Below, in pieces: positions 25,676 to 37,648 of a DNA stretch of 64,000 bases; the first letter of the stretch is position 1; each line of letters opens with the position of its first letter. The stretch is from Octopus bimaculoides (lineage: Eukaryota): assembly GCF_001194135.2 (NCBI RefSeq), contig NC_069005.1, positions 3,963,924 through 4,027,923 of the forward strand, in the 5' to 3' direction. The translations under genes and the position numbers were made by a program. The notes under the pieces are model-generated. The model ran no database searches. It saw only the letters and a list, made by a program, of their open reading frames with translations, and was not told the DNA's origin.

Positions 25676-25911
25676 GTACTCCAGTGCGATTCGCCAGGGA
25701 TTGTGCGGATAAATATATAGAGGAAGATTGCGTTGTAAAAAATATCACGGCAGCGAGGAAGACTACCTATTGCATTCGAACCTGCGACACAGACGGATGC
25801 AATGCACAAGGACTAGAAATGCGGGGTGGATCCTCGAAATTGAATATATTTACTTACTTAGTTTTCGGGCTTGCTTTACTACTTAATATTCAACAATTAG
25901 CCTTTGTTTAA
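25676..25911 (+). CDS. Ly6/uPAR protein, terminal exon (Cys6-Cys10 plus GPI-type signal): (G)TPVRFARDCADKYIEEDCVVKNITAARKTTYCIRTCDTDGCNAQGLEMRGGSSKLNIFTYLVFGLALLLNIQQLAFV*
   Basis: Strong acceptor tttcctttctttgcAG, phase 1 matching exon 2. Contains the C-x3-C-x4-CN terminus typical of invertebrate Ly6/quiver proteins, a small-residue spacer and a hydrophobic C-terminus. Stop TAA at 25909-25911. Confidence 0.92.
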
Positions 25912-25929
25912 TATTTTGTTTCTGCGTCT

Positions 25930-26461
25930 NNNNNNNNNNNNNNNNNNNNNNNNNNNNNNNNNNNNNNNNNNNNNNNNNNNNNNNNNNNNNNNNNNNNNNN
26001 NNNNNNNNNNNNNNNNNNNNNNNNNNNNNNNNNNNNNNNNNNNNNNNNNNNNNNNNNNNNNNNNNNNNNNNNNNNNNNNNNNNNNNNNNNNNNNNNNNNN
26101 NNNNNNNNNNNNNNNNNNNNNNNNNNNNNNNNNNNNNNNNNNNNNNNNNNNNNNNNNNNNNNNNNNNNNNNNNNNNNNNNNNNNNNNNNNNNNNNNNNNN
26201 NNNNNNNNNNNNNNNNNNNNNNNNNNNNNNNNNNNNNNNNNNNNNNNNNNNNNNNNNNNNNNNNNNNNNNNNNNNNNNNNNNNNNNNNNNNNNNNNNNNN
26301 NNNNNNNNNNNNNNNNNNNNNNNNNNNNNNNNNNNNNNNNNNNNNNNNNNNNNNNNNNNNNNNNNNNNNNNNNNNNNNNNNNNNNNNNNNNNNNNNNNNN
26401 NNNNNNNNNNNNNNNNNNNNNNNNNNNNNNNNNNNNNNNNNNNNNNNNNNNNNNNNNNNNN
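25930..26461. other. Assembly gap (N run)
   Basis: 532 N, starting 18 nt after the Ly6 stop codon. Confidence 1.
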
Positions 26462-26509
<48 letters not shown>

Positions 26510-26822
26510 TATGTGTACAAGGGGAATGAATTGTGAAATTATGACTTACGCAGTTTATTTACATCGTAAAACTCACCATTTTAATGATGGAATTCTAATG
26601 GATAAGTGAATATTAAGCCCATATAAGTATGGGTATATATATATATAAACAGTATGGATATAAACATACAGTAACAAACTAAAATACATAATCTGGAATG
26701 TGCGAATGCTTATACAATATGTAATTTGCGATACTAGAAACTATTGCTTAGAAAACGCATCCTATTTTAAGGCCCACATACACGCAACATGCAACAAAAT
26801 TATATGTACATACGTACACACT

Positions 26823-26885
<63 letters not shown>

Positions 26886-27654
26886 GTATGTGTATATATA
26901 CGAGCGTATGCAGAAGTGTATGTTTCACACGCATTAATAACTAAAACCGTATAAGTTTTAACGTAATTTACTCTCTTCAGAAATCTACTAGAGAAGTTTC
27001 CATCTATATCTTGTACTTTAAGAATAAATTGTTGACAGAACACATTCTTAGCTGAGAATCACTGCTGGGATCTCAAAATTATAAAAATAACTTTAATATG
27101 TAATTGTAACCAATGTTAGATAAGCTACAAAGAAGATGTTTTTGCAAAATCGTATTTGTCAACGATAATATAGATTATAGAAAGGAGTTTGAAATGTTGC
27201 GTAACACTAAAAAATGCAGTGGAAGAAATAAAAAAAAATGCCTTAAAAATTTCGTTTCGATTTCATGTTTTGAAATTCCTTTTGCTCAGCTTTTGTTTAT
27301 ATAGATACTAACGTACGTAAAATTGAGTCAAAAACATATAAGCCAGTCAAGAATATCACAATATATACGCTCACACAGACACCATCTCCCCACACATATA
27401 GGAATAATATAGCTTTATATATAGTATACATACAAGTGTATATATATACAAACACACACGTATGTTTGTATGTATATATGTACAAATGTATGATGCATGT
27501 ATAATGTAACCTGTATTCAAAATTTTCCTTGCATATACATTCACACACACACACACTTTTAAAATGTCTTTATATATGTGTGTTTGAGTGTGTATGTATG
27601 TATATATATAAGTATCTATGTATCTATGCCTACATATGTATCTATTTATATATA

Positions 27655-27805
27655 NNNNNNNNNNNNNNNNNNNNNNNNNNNNNNNNNNNNNNNNNNNNNN
27701 NNNNNNNNNNNNNNNNNNNNNNNNNNNNNNNNNNNNNNNNNNNNNNNNNNNNNNNNNNNNNNNNNNNNNNNNNNNNNNNNNNNNNNNNNNNNNNNNNNNN
27801 NNNNN
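27655..27805. other. Assembly gap (N run)
   Basis: N run. Confidence 1.
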
Positions 27806-27839
27806 GATATAGATAGATAGATAGATAGATATAGATATC

Positions 27840-27893
<54 letters not shown>

Positions 27894-27909
27894 CAGAAAG
27901 TGAAAGATT

Positions 27910-27951
<42 letters not shown>

Positions 27952-27958
27952 AAGAGAA
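27806..27958. repeat. Compound microsatellite (GATA)n(GT)n(GA)n
   Basis: Seen directly. Confidence 0.95.
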
Positions 27959-28912
27959 CTGTCGTTATGAAGCGTATAGTGGAAGTAATAGTTGTATACG
28001 AAGTGTGATTAACAGAACAAGTCCTAAATGTGTCAGTATGATATCCATAAATTTAGATACAAAACATAATCAGTCTGATTCGATGAATCACTATTGGTTT
28101 ATCATTTATCAAATTCGAAATCGATACTGACTCACTACAGCTTCTTAGGGAGAAAATTATTTGCATATCTTTAAAATGAGGTCTTGATTGTAAACATACA
28201 CCCTTTCCTTCTTTATTTTGTTTAGTGTTTTACTTTTATCGCTTCTATTTTTTGATGCTCTTTGTGCTTACTAAGGATAGCAGCATCACAATTTATTATT
28301 TCACAAACAAATAATCAGTTATAGAATGTTCTATGCTGATAAACATCTCCTTTGAATTCATACATAAGGTGTGTGCGTGTGTGTGTGACACGATGTGTGT
28401 GTGCGCGAGAGAGAGAGAGAGAAACGATGTCTGTGTTAACGTACCTGTTTGTATACTTATATGTGTATGCATATATATAATTAGGTATTTCAGAGACATA
28501 CATATACACGTGTGCGTGTGTTTGTGTTTGTGCGTAGACACGCATATCTGTGTCAATGCGCGTGTGTATTGTGATTCCAACGAACGTTAAATTCTTTTCT
28601 TAGAGTCATCTAAATATTGGTTTGTTTTATATTATTAGCATAACATTCTACTTAGAAGTAATATATTCCCATATTTCTTTTTTCGCGGGCATGGTCAGCT
28701 GTCCGTGATCCAAACATACGGTCAATAAAATCTCCGCATATGTTTTCAAATTACTAGAAAGATAACCAAGACAACAAGTTGTATGTCTTTTGAAGAGCAC
28801 AGACTCAAGCGGATGGAAAATTCAAAAAGATGTTGTATTAGAGTATTCATTAGCGCATGTTCCTGAAATAAGAATGATCGTGGTTCAAGGAAGTTAAATA
28901 TATATATATATA

Positions 28913-29162
28913 NNNNNNNNNNNNNNNNNNNNNNNNNNNNNNNNNNNNNNNNNNNNNNNNNNNNNNNNNNNNNNNNNNNNNNNNNNNNNNNNNNNNNNNN
29001 NNNNNNNNNNNNNNNNNNNNNNNNNNNNNNNNNNNNNNNNNNNNNNNNNNNNNNNNNNNNNNNNNNNNNNNNNNNNNNNNNNNNNNNNNNNNNNNNNNNN
29101 NNNNNNNNNNNNNNNNNNNNNNNNNNNNNNNNNNNNNNNNNNNNNNNNNNNNNNNNNNNNNN
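28913..29162. other. Assembly gap (N run)
   Basis: N run. Confidence 1.
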
Positions 29163-29619
29163 GTACATAGGGATATAAATGTTTATACATGTTATAAGAT
29201 GTATGTATACATATGCATACATGTGTATAATGATACAAATTACAATATATGTATGTCTGCATGTGTATATATATATATATATATATATATTAATTATTTC
29301 TGTATGCCAGTATGGATATGAATCGTTGGTTTAGCGATTTTAATAGCAATCCTGCAGAACATGAAAGTGTTCAAGTTTATGAGATAATACGGTAATGGTT
29401 TTAAGTCAGGTATTGGTGACATACTAGTACCGCTCATTTACCTGGAATTTACATGAAACATATTCAACAATCATTATTCGGAAACGAGAAAGTATCCGAC
29501 TTTAATATTTAGTGTATATGTGCGCATATTTGTATAATTAACATATAAAATTTATGTGTGAAATTTTATAGATAAAAAACATTTTCTTTATTTATTGCAA
29601 CAATATGTATAACAAATGA

Positions 29620-29649
29620 TTATATGATATATATATATATATATATATG

Positions 29650-29680
<31 letters not shown>

Positions 29681-30122
29681 GTATATATTATATAAATATA
29701 TACCTGTGTGTATGTTTATGTACCCATGTATTTATATATGCATGTAAATATACATAGATACGTATATATATATGTAGAAATTTACATATATTGCACATAC
29801 ACAGATAGACAGACATATAAGTATATAGATATGGATATACACACACAAACACATGAAAACACACACATATATACATATATACATAGTACGAATTAAATAT
29901 GTAAACATCCATCCTTCAGAAGAAAAATATATATCGTATATGCGTGAATAACACAGAGGCGTAAGTATCGCATGCAAATACAAAGGCATAATTGCATACA
30001 TAAATATCTTCAGTAGACGAACGCAAAACAGCATATTATATATATATATACATACATATAACTATATATACATATCCATACATATACATATATGTCCATA
30101 TGTATACATACCTACATACACA

Positions 30123-30158
<36 letters not shown>

Positions 30159-30419
30159 TATAGTGTTATATATAATGTATATATGTACATACTTGTATAT
30201 ATATATTGGTAAATTCTGTATACATATATATGCATATATAGAGGAAAACATGAAACTTTATCTGAAGGATGCCTCGATTCAATTAAATAGGTTTCCAGTA
30301 TTGTATATGCAAGGATAATTTTTACAGACCCTCTAGAGTTTCGACTTAGCTGTCGTCATCGGCAACAATATCCGAAACGTTCACGCCATGACAACATCTT
30401 TCCTTGTAAATATATGCAT

Positions 30420-30472
<53 letters not shown>

Positions 30473-30745
30473 ATGTATATATATATACATATGGTGGTTG
30501 TCTACTCCTTAAACAGAGTTTGACCACCTCCTGCACCTACACCTTAGCCCTACACACATAAATATATATTATATATGTATATGTACATATATATTTTATA
30601 CATATTAAATATGTATGTATATATTATATATATATATAGATATACATATGTATATATATATGTGTATATTTACATGTACGTATTTTTAGTTTATATCTAC
30701 TTGCATATATAAATGTATACACATATATAAATATATATACATACA

Positions 30746-30795
<50 letters not shown>

Positions 30796-30800
30796 AGTCA
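29620..30800. repeat. Degenerate (TA)/(CA) low-complexity tract
   Basis: Seen directly. It is the source of many spurious YI/HT/CV ORFs. Confidence 0.9.
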
Positions 30801-31728
30801 TGTACAAAAAGACAGTCGTATGCTGTAAGCCAAAGCATGATTTTTTTTTGTTCTATTTCACGTTGTTACTGAATGACATGGTAGCGCATCAGAGAAACCA
30901 TTGAGCAAAATGCAACTACTATTATCATAATAACGGTAACAGAAACTAAAATGATAATTATAATTTTAATATTAATAATTTATTAATATTATTATCTATT
31001 ATAATAATATTGATGATGATTTTGCTATTTATTACTATTGTAAAGCTATTGCTATTTTGGGTTAAAATAAAAAAAAAATGCGAAATTCTGACTTCTACAA
31101 ATTTCTTGTGCCTTCAATACATTTTTTTGCTTTTTTGTGTTAGATATATGTTTTTGCTTTCATATTTCAGTTATATATTGCAGATGTAGAATATACGCTT
31201 ATTAGAATACTCGGTGTGCTTCCTGGAGTAATTTGGAAATATTAGAGCGGTGTATTTTTATGGTTGCTTACTGAAAGCCAATGCTTTCTTAGCCATGAGT
31301 TCAATAAAGGTTCTGTGAACAAGTATTAATTCTGGTGTTTTCTAGAATTCTGAATTTGGGATCAAAAACAAACTCGTCCACATGGAAACTCATATATACG
31401 AATTAATATATTCATGCATTGAGGAACATATGCGCACGCACTCACACACACACACACATACACACACACACACACACAAATATATACAAATGTAGTAGTA
31501 ATTAGGTATGTACACAAACTTATTTGTAGATACGTACATGTATGTATATATGTATATATTTGCATTATGTGCGTATATATAATTATATACACGTTTATAT
31601 TCATATGTATAAACATATCAACACATATGTACTTTTACAAGACGCACATATATTTAATTATACACACACACACACACACACTATATATATATATGTATAT
31701 AGATAGATAGATAGATATAGATATATAT

Positions 31729-31882
31729 GCAACGGGCTTCTTTCAGTCTCCGTCTACCAAATCCACTCACAAGACTTCGTTCAGCCCGAGGCTTTAGGAG
31801 AAAACACTTACACAAGGTGCAATGCATAGGGACTGAACACAGAACCATATGGTCGGTAAGCAGGCTACACAGCCACTCCTGC

Positions 31883-31883
<1 letters not shown>
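31729..31883 (-). mobile_element. SINE family B, 5' half
   Basis: cgggcttctttcagtctccgtctaccaaatccactcacaag...gggactgaac...cacagccactcctgc. Confidence 0.9.
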
Positions 31884-31914
<31 letters not shown>

Positions 31915-33127
31915 ATATATATATACATGCATATATGTATGTATGCATGTAAGTATATGTGTGTCTGTTTGCGTTGTACTCTATCATGGCTTTAGCATTT
32001 ATATTCAAAATTTCACACTAATATATTGCAAAACCTTCTGTATTGAAACTTGCGTGCATTTAAAAGATATCTCTTTGGACATTGTAGACGGTTTCGAGCG
32101 AAATTGCAAAATGTTTATTCTGCTTCTTGAAATATCAATGCGCTCAAAATGTCAGAATATTACCTGTATATTTAGGGTACACGTAAATTTGCACTTCTGT
32201 AATTCATTTAAGAAGTAGATTTCTATTAGAGTTCTTTTTTTTTTCTATTTTACCATGTATTGAGTGCGATTGCTTATAATGAAAGACAGAAGAAAATTAA
32301 ACAAAAATTCAAGTCTTGAATCTTCCAGTGAATATTCAATGATTAATGCAAATATTCCAAATAGAAATTGAAAGTGAACATTACAACTGCCAGAGAAAAT
32401 AATAGAAAATTCAGAACATATTTAGAAAAACCGACATAACAGATTTATTAAAAAAAGAAAACATGACTTAAAAACACTAAGCTACTCAGAACTATTACCT
32501 CTAACATATTTACTATTTCAATAAGTATTCAGATTTAATCACCTTATTTTACAATTTTCAATATTTCTAGTGTCTAACTATATATCAACCAGTTCCAAAT
32601 ACCTAATACACCTGAATAAAATATATTTTTATGTTTAACTGAGTGAACTGCCATAATTCGTGTTGCTACACTTGCAAGATGCAGAGAGATTAATTTGAAA
32701 TATTTTTTTCCTTAAAATGTTCTTTTATAAATAACTATTAGTATTCATAGAATTCTTAAGCATATAACGTGTAACATACTTTTGTTTAAGTGCTGCGAAT
32801 ATACTGGTTTCTGAATTAAGCAAAATATCAGATGTTTTGAGAGGATTTTAGTTGATATCGTCCTCCCGTTTAGTAGTCTGGTACTTAATCTTATGTAAGC
32901 TGTGTTGATGAGAAGCAACGCTGTCGTCAGTGGCGGGTGGTTAAAAACGTTTAAAACTGTGACAATAATACAAAATATTTTAACGGCGCTCCATCTAATC
33001 TTCACTTAACTCGACTGGCGTAATGATAAAAAAATCCAAATGAAAACATTCATCAATATTCTGAGTTACGAAATACGAAAGTCGAGTCTTTCTCCTACAG
33101 ATAACTACTAATGCCATTTAAAACAGC

Positions 33128-33468
33128 TTTTATTCTTTTATTTGTTTCTGTCACTTGACTGCCGCCATGCCGGAACGCTGCCTTTAGTAGAGCAGATCAG
33201 CGTCGGTTGTCAAGTGATGTTAGGGGGACAAACACAGAAACACAAATATATACATACATATATATAAACATATGCATGCATATAAACATATACACACATA
33301 TATATATACTATGGTCTTCTTTCAGTTTCCGTCTGCCAAATGCACTCACAAGGTATCGGTCGGCCGGAGGCGACATTAGAAGACACTTGCAGAAGTTGCC
33401 ACGCAGTGGGACTGAACCCGGATACGTGTGGTTGGTAAGCAAGCTACTTACCACGCGGCCGCTCCTGT
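33128..33468 (-). mobile_element. SINE family B, near full length with internal deletion
   Basis: Tail gtcacttgactgccgccatgccggaacgc, internal AC/AT microsatellite, CORE-like gaagacacttgc...cagtgggactgaacccgg, head aagcaagctacttaccac. Confidence 0.9.
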
Positions 33469-33502
33469 AGATATATTTGGAGTCATACTTATAATATGGA
33501 TT

Positions 33503-33564
33503 AAGGTGGTGTGCTGCCAGAATCGTTAGCACGCCCGGCAAAGACATTTACTTCTGCCTTTATT
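33503..33564 (+). mobile_element. SINE family A head, runs into gap
   Basis: aaggtggtgtgctgccagaatcgttagcacgcccggc. Confidence 0.75.
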
Positions 33565-33630
33565 NNNNNNNNNNNNNNNNNNNNNNNNNNNNNNNNNNNN
33601 NNNNNNNNNNNNNNNNNNNNNNNNNNNNNN
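33565..33630. other. Assembly gap (N run)
   Basis: N run. Confidence 1.
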
Positions 33631-35974
33631 CGATTATTATACTACGGAGGTAGTTGCATTGTCGTTTTGGTACAGGACAATGTCCTTAACGGTATTTGCT
33701 ACTGGTTTTACTTCATACTTTCAGGGTGGATAATATAATTAGCGATTAGGGACTAGGTTCAGTGTATGTAATTTCTACTTCGTAACACAATTACTGGCCT
33801 TGTGCCAAATATACAAAAATGATTATTAGAAAAATTAGTATTTTTAGTCATTAGTTGAGAGAGTCGGGTGAAAATAGTCTGGATCCTAAATGAAAGTCAA
33901 ATGTTAATGGCTTTATTTAAAAATGCTTTTGTAAAAAATACAATGTCATTACTTTTCAGAATCATCCATTCGAAGTTACGTTCAAGCAGTAATTTATGTA
34001 AATTTTAAGAACGAAAAACGTTCGCAAAATTATTTACTCTTCAATTTATTTCTGGGATGTTACGTTCTTTAATATTAAATGTCTCAAAAATTATAGCTTT
34101 AATTCTGATAAGAAATTTTAGCAATTTCCATTAAGGAAATGAGCACAGAAAATGTAAGTTATTATTTCTGCGTATATACATTTTGGCTTCCATGTTTAAA
34201 ACAAATGATGCTTCCCAACAATTTTTCACAATATGGCTGTTACTCCTCACACAACTGTGCGAATTACTTTCAATCTTGTAAATGTGCGTCTGTGTTCCTG
34301 TGTGTGTTTGCTTTTATTTGTTGAGCTAGAAGACTTTAAGGATATGAATAATTGTGATTAACCATTGAGTTAAAAGAAGATCAAAAGAAAAAAAAATAGC
34401 GAAGGCATTTTCTACTCAAAGGCCTTTTCAACTTAATATTTACTATTCGTAGATTTATGTTTTCTCTTCCAGTTGTTGCATCGCTCGCGCGCGTGTATGC
34501 AAGTTAGTTATATTTGTCTAGGATTATTAACGTCGTAAATTCGGTCAATTTCAACGGCCAAAACACAGTTGGAATTATCAAGAAGATATTGTAAGAGATT
34601 GTACACTATTTGGCGTATATAAGGAAGAATCGATTAGAGAATAGTTCCGCTTTAAAAGACATTTTTCTTTGCCTTAGACACAAAGAAATATTTGTACCTG
34701 ATTCGATTAATTGTCAGGAAATTGGTTTTAACTGGCCGTTAGGAGTATTCTCAAGCATAATTGGAGGGGTCCAAGCTCTATCTATGGTAAATTAATCAGT
34801 ACGTTGTAATTCTTCTTTAAGGTAAATTTATTTCGTTACTAAACTTCTTTGATACAATATTATTTAACTTCAGTTAATTATTAAATTCAATGATTTCTTG
34901 CTGAACTAGATGAGAATTTCCGTAACATAAGATGCTGATATATCCATGGACGAATACGTAATGTGGCACCAATTATTAATTGCCTTGGGAACATCAGCTC
35001 CAATTACTTCTAATTAGTATAATTTATCTAAATGATTCACTACAGTATTTTAAAAAAGTACAAAAATGTATTTATCGCAATTTATTCATCAAATGTTAAT
35101 TTAATTCAATAACTATAGAATGCAGAGGTGACTTTGGTCCTCATCCGTGATGTCACTTAAGATCACTTTCAGTTTGATCAGATGATAACTACAGGTTTAA
35201 ACAAAGTGTCGCTGCCTAAGGATACTAGCGAAATATATCGAGCATTTTTATGAATAAATAATGACTGGATTTATCAATTAGAACAATGATCGCGAAAATT
35301 TATTCAAGGTCGATCGCTGCGAGTATACATAATAGGAAAATGATTATTGATATAGTCTATGTCGTAGTCAAATGATGTTAAATCGTTAAAAATTCTGCTT
35401 TAGTAAAGCGGATAACAGATTTATTAATGACAAATTCGAACCAAAATACCTGGGTTGATATTAGTAAAGAAATGCATTGTGGTCAGCGGTTTCGGGTGTT
35501 AAAAGCAGCCATCTTACAAGTCTATAATGATTCGGTTTTGTTGAAATTCTAATGGGAAATATGTATTTTATGTCTTTTCTTTCTTTTAGTTGATTCGGTC
35601 ATTAGACGACGACCATACTGGAGCACCCTATTGAAGTATTTTAGTCGAACTGATCGACTCCAAGTTCATGTTTATACCAGTAATTATTGATGCATTGGGA
35701 TACGTAACACACTGCCTAAATAATAATGAGAAATTACGCTTCTCAAAACTAGAAAGGAGAAAGCTAACTGGAAGACTGAAGATCGAATTCATCACTGGGA
35801 GTGTAAAAATCTGTAAAACTTTCCAGAAGTTTAACATTTAAATAAATATGAGCTTGTCTAGATATGTAGCTATATGCATGAGAATACATACATGAAACAG
35901 TCAAATCTGCAAATACCTACCTACCTACCTGCATACATACATACATATATATATACATACATACATACAAAAAT

Positions 35975-36080
35975 ACACTGTTGATGTTGAAATTCCAATG
36001 AAGAAACCTGGGATCTAGGTTAGAAACCGGTTCTTTCTCTCTTAGCAAGCAATCTTGAAATAAACTGAATAATGACATAC
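35975..36080 (+). mobile_element. Short repeat with a decayed hammerhead-like motif (Penelope-type terminus, inferred)
   Basis: ccaatgaa-gaaacct-gggatct-aggtta-gaaac-cg-gtt, followed by gaaataaactgaataatgac and a (TACA)n tail. Confidence 0.45.
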
Positions 36081-36926
36081 ATATATACATACATACATAC
36101 TTATATGGTGGCCTTTTGCAGTTTCTTTCTCGCGCACCGAGGTTATAGTAGAAAATGAAATGTAGTGGGACCGAACACTTGAAAACATGGTTCAGAATTA
36201 AGTTTCTTTACCCCATAGTGCAATATCCGACCATAAACTATGCCTGCGCTAACTAGTCAAAGACTTATGATGTAATTCTGAAATATTGTTTCGTGGGGAA
36301 GGCATCCGTACAGATTATATTCGATTGGGGTATATTTGTAAGAAAGTAAATTCTCACGACTTTTCCTTTGTAATGTGGCACATTTACTAAAAGAGATGTT
36401 TATTCATCACTTTATCGTCAGGTAGAGATAAATCTATACAAAACTAAAGAAGAAAGAGATAGAGACTACATTCAGTCTTGAGTAGACTCCTGCTTAATTA
36501 TTTTTCATTAGCTTTGTGGTGTTAGTTGCATTAAGTGTATTAACACTATCTTAACTATTGATTTTATTGAAAGAAAAGCTAATGAACAATGTAATAATTA
36601 ATAAAAGACAACTATTCAACTAGCGGCCCAGTTAATGAGCAACCAGTCTCTGTACGGCAATGTAAATATAATAATGCAAACTTAAGTATTGATTTTTAGA
36701 AAATGTTCTGTACTCTATCATAATTAACGATGAATACTTCTATTCAAATAATAATCCAATTGGACATCCAAATATTTACATTGTCATAGAGGAAAATATG
36801 TGTGTGTGTGTGTGTTTGTATGTATATAGATGTATAAATATATGTATATGTATGTATATAAGTTATAATTAAGCATGCATATATTCATATATATATATAT
36901 ATATATTTATTTATATTTATATATAT

Positions 36927-36960
36927 AGTCGCAGGAGTAGCTATGTGGTAAGTAGCTTGT
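36927..36960 (+). mobile_element. SINE family B head only
   Basis: gcaggagtagctatgtggtaagtagcttg, truncated at the mariner fragment. Confidence 0.75.
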
Positions 36961-36961
36961 T

Positions 36962-37024
36962 GTGCAGATAATCTTCATTACATTTTGCCAAAAGTTTTGC
37001 GATATCTCCTCAGAGGTCTATGCA
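36962..37024 (+). mobile_element. Mariner transposase N-terminal fragment
   Basis: Translates VQIIFITFCQKFCDISSEVYA, resembling the IKFC.KLG...SE.YA start of mariner transposases. Confidence 0.65.
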
Positions 37025-37648
37025 ATGTTTTCAAAAGGTTTTCATCATTCTCGACACAATCAAGGAGATCTTGTGCAACTGAAACCCGAGTGTCTCTTTG
37101 GTCAGCTGAAAGGAATTTTTTGCCCCTACTTCGGAAATACGCATCTCATACACAAGTCTTCAATTATAATGGACTGAACTGAACCATAAATAATCTGCAC
37201 ATCCTCTGATAACTCACAGTTGGTGATGGTGATTCCCCTCATAGTTTCACGCATAACTACAATATTTTTCTCAGTTCTGCTGGTTGCGGGTCTCCTAGAA
37301 AGTTCGTTACTAACAACATTTTTTCGGTAATCGTGGAAACGACTGAATCATTTGTACACATGTGTGCGACTCATGCACTACTCTTCATACACTTTCTGCA
37401 ACTTTGCTTAGGCCTCTGAGCCGGTATTGTCATGACAACGTTTTCCTGCCTTGTTCAATGTCACGATCACACGTTACACACGCTATTTTCCAGCACTGCT
37501 GTAAACGGGAAATGACATAGAACGTTAAAACTGTGTGTGTTCTCAGAACAGAGGTTCAGGTTAATCTGTACAAAGCGGCTTCACACAGTGTGTACTTCAT
37601 ATTCGTTACTATGGCAACAGTCCGTATACTTATTGATCAGACCTCGTA
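37025..37648 (-). mobile_element. Mariner (Mos1/Hsmar-like) transposon, 5' half with disrupted transposase
   Basis: Terminus TA-CGAGGTCTGATCAATAAGTAT at 37648. The reverse translation LQKVYEE*CMSRTHVYK*F..F...SRRPATSRTEKNI...ELSEDVQIIYGSVQSIIIEDL.MR...SADQRDTRVSVAQDLLDCVENDENLLKTL matches the mariner HTH and linker. Confidence 0.92.
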
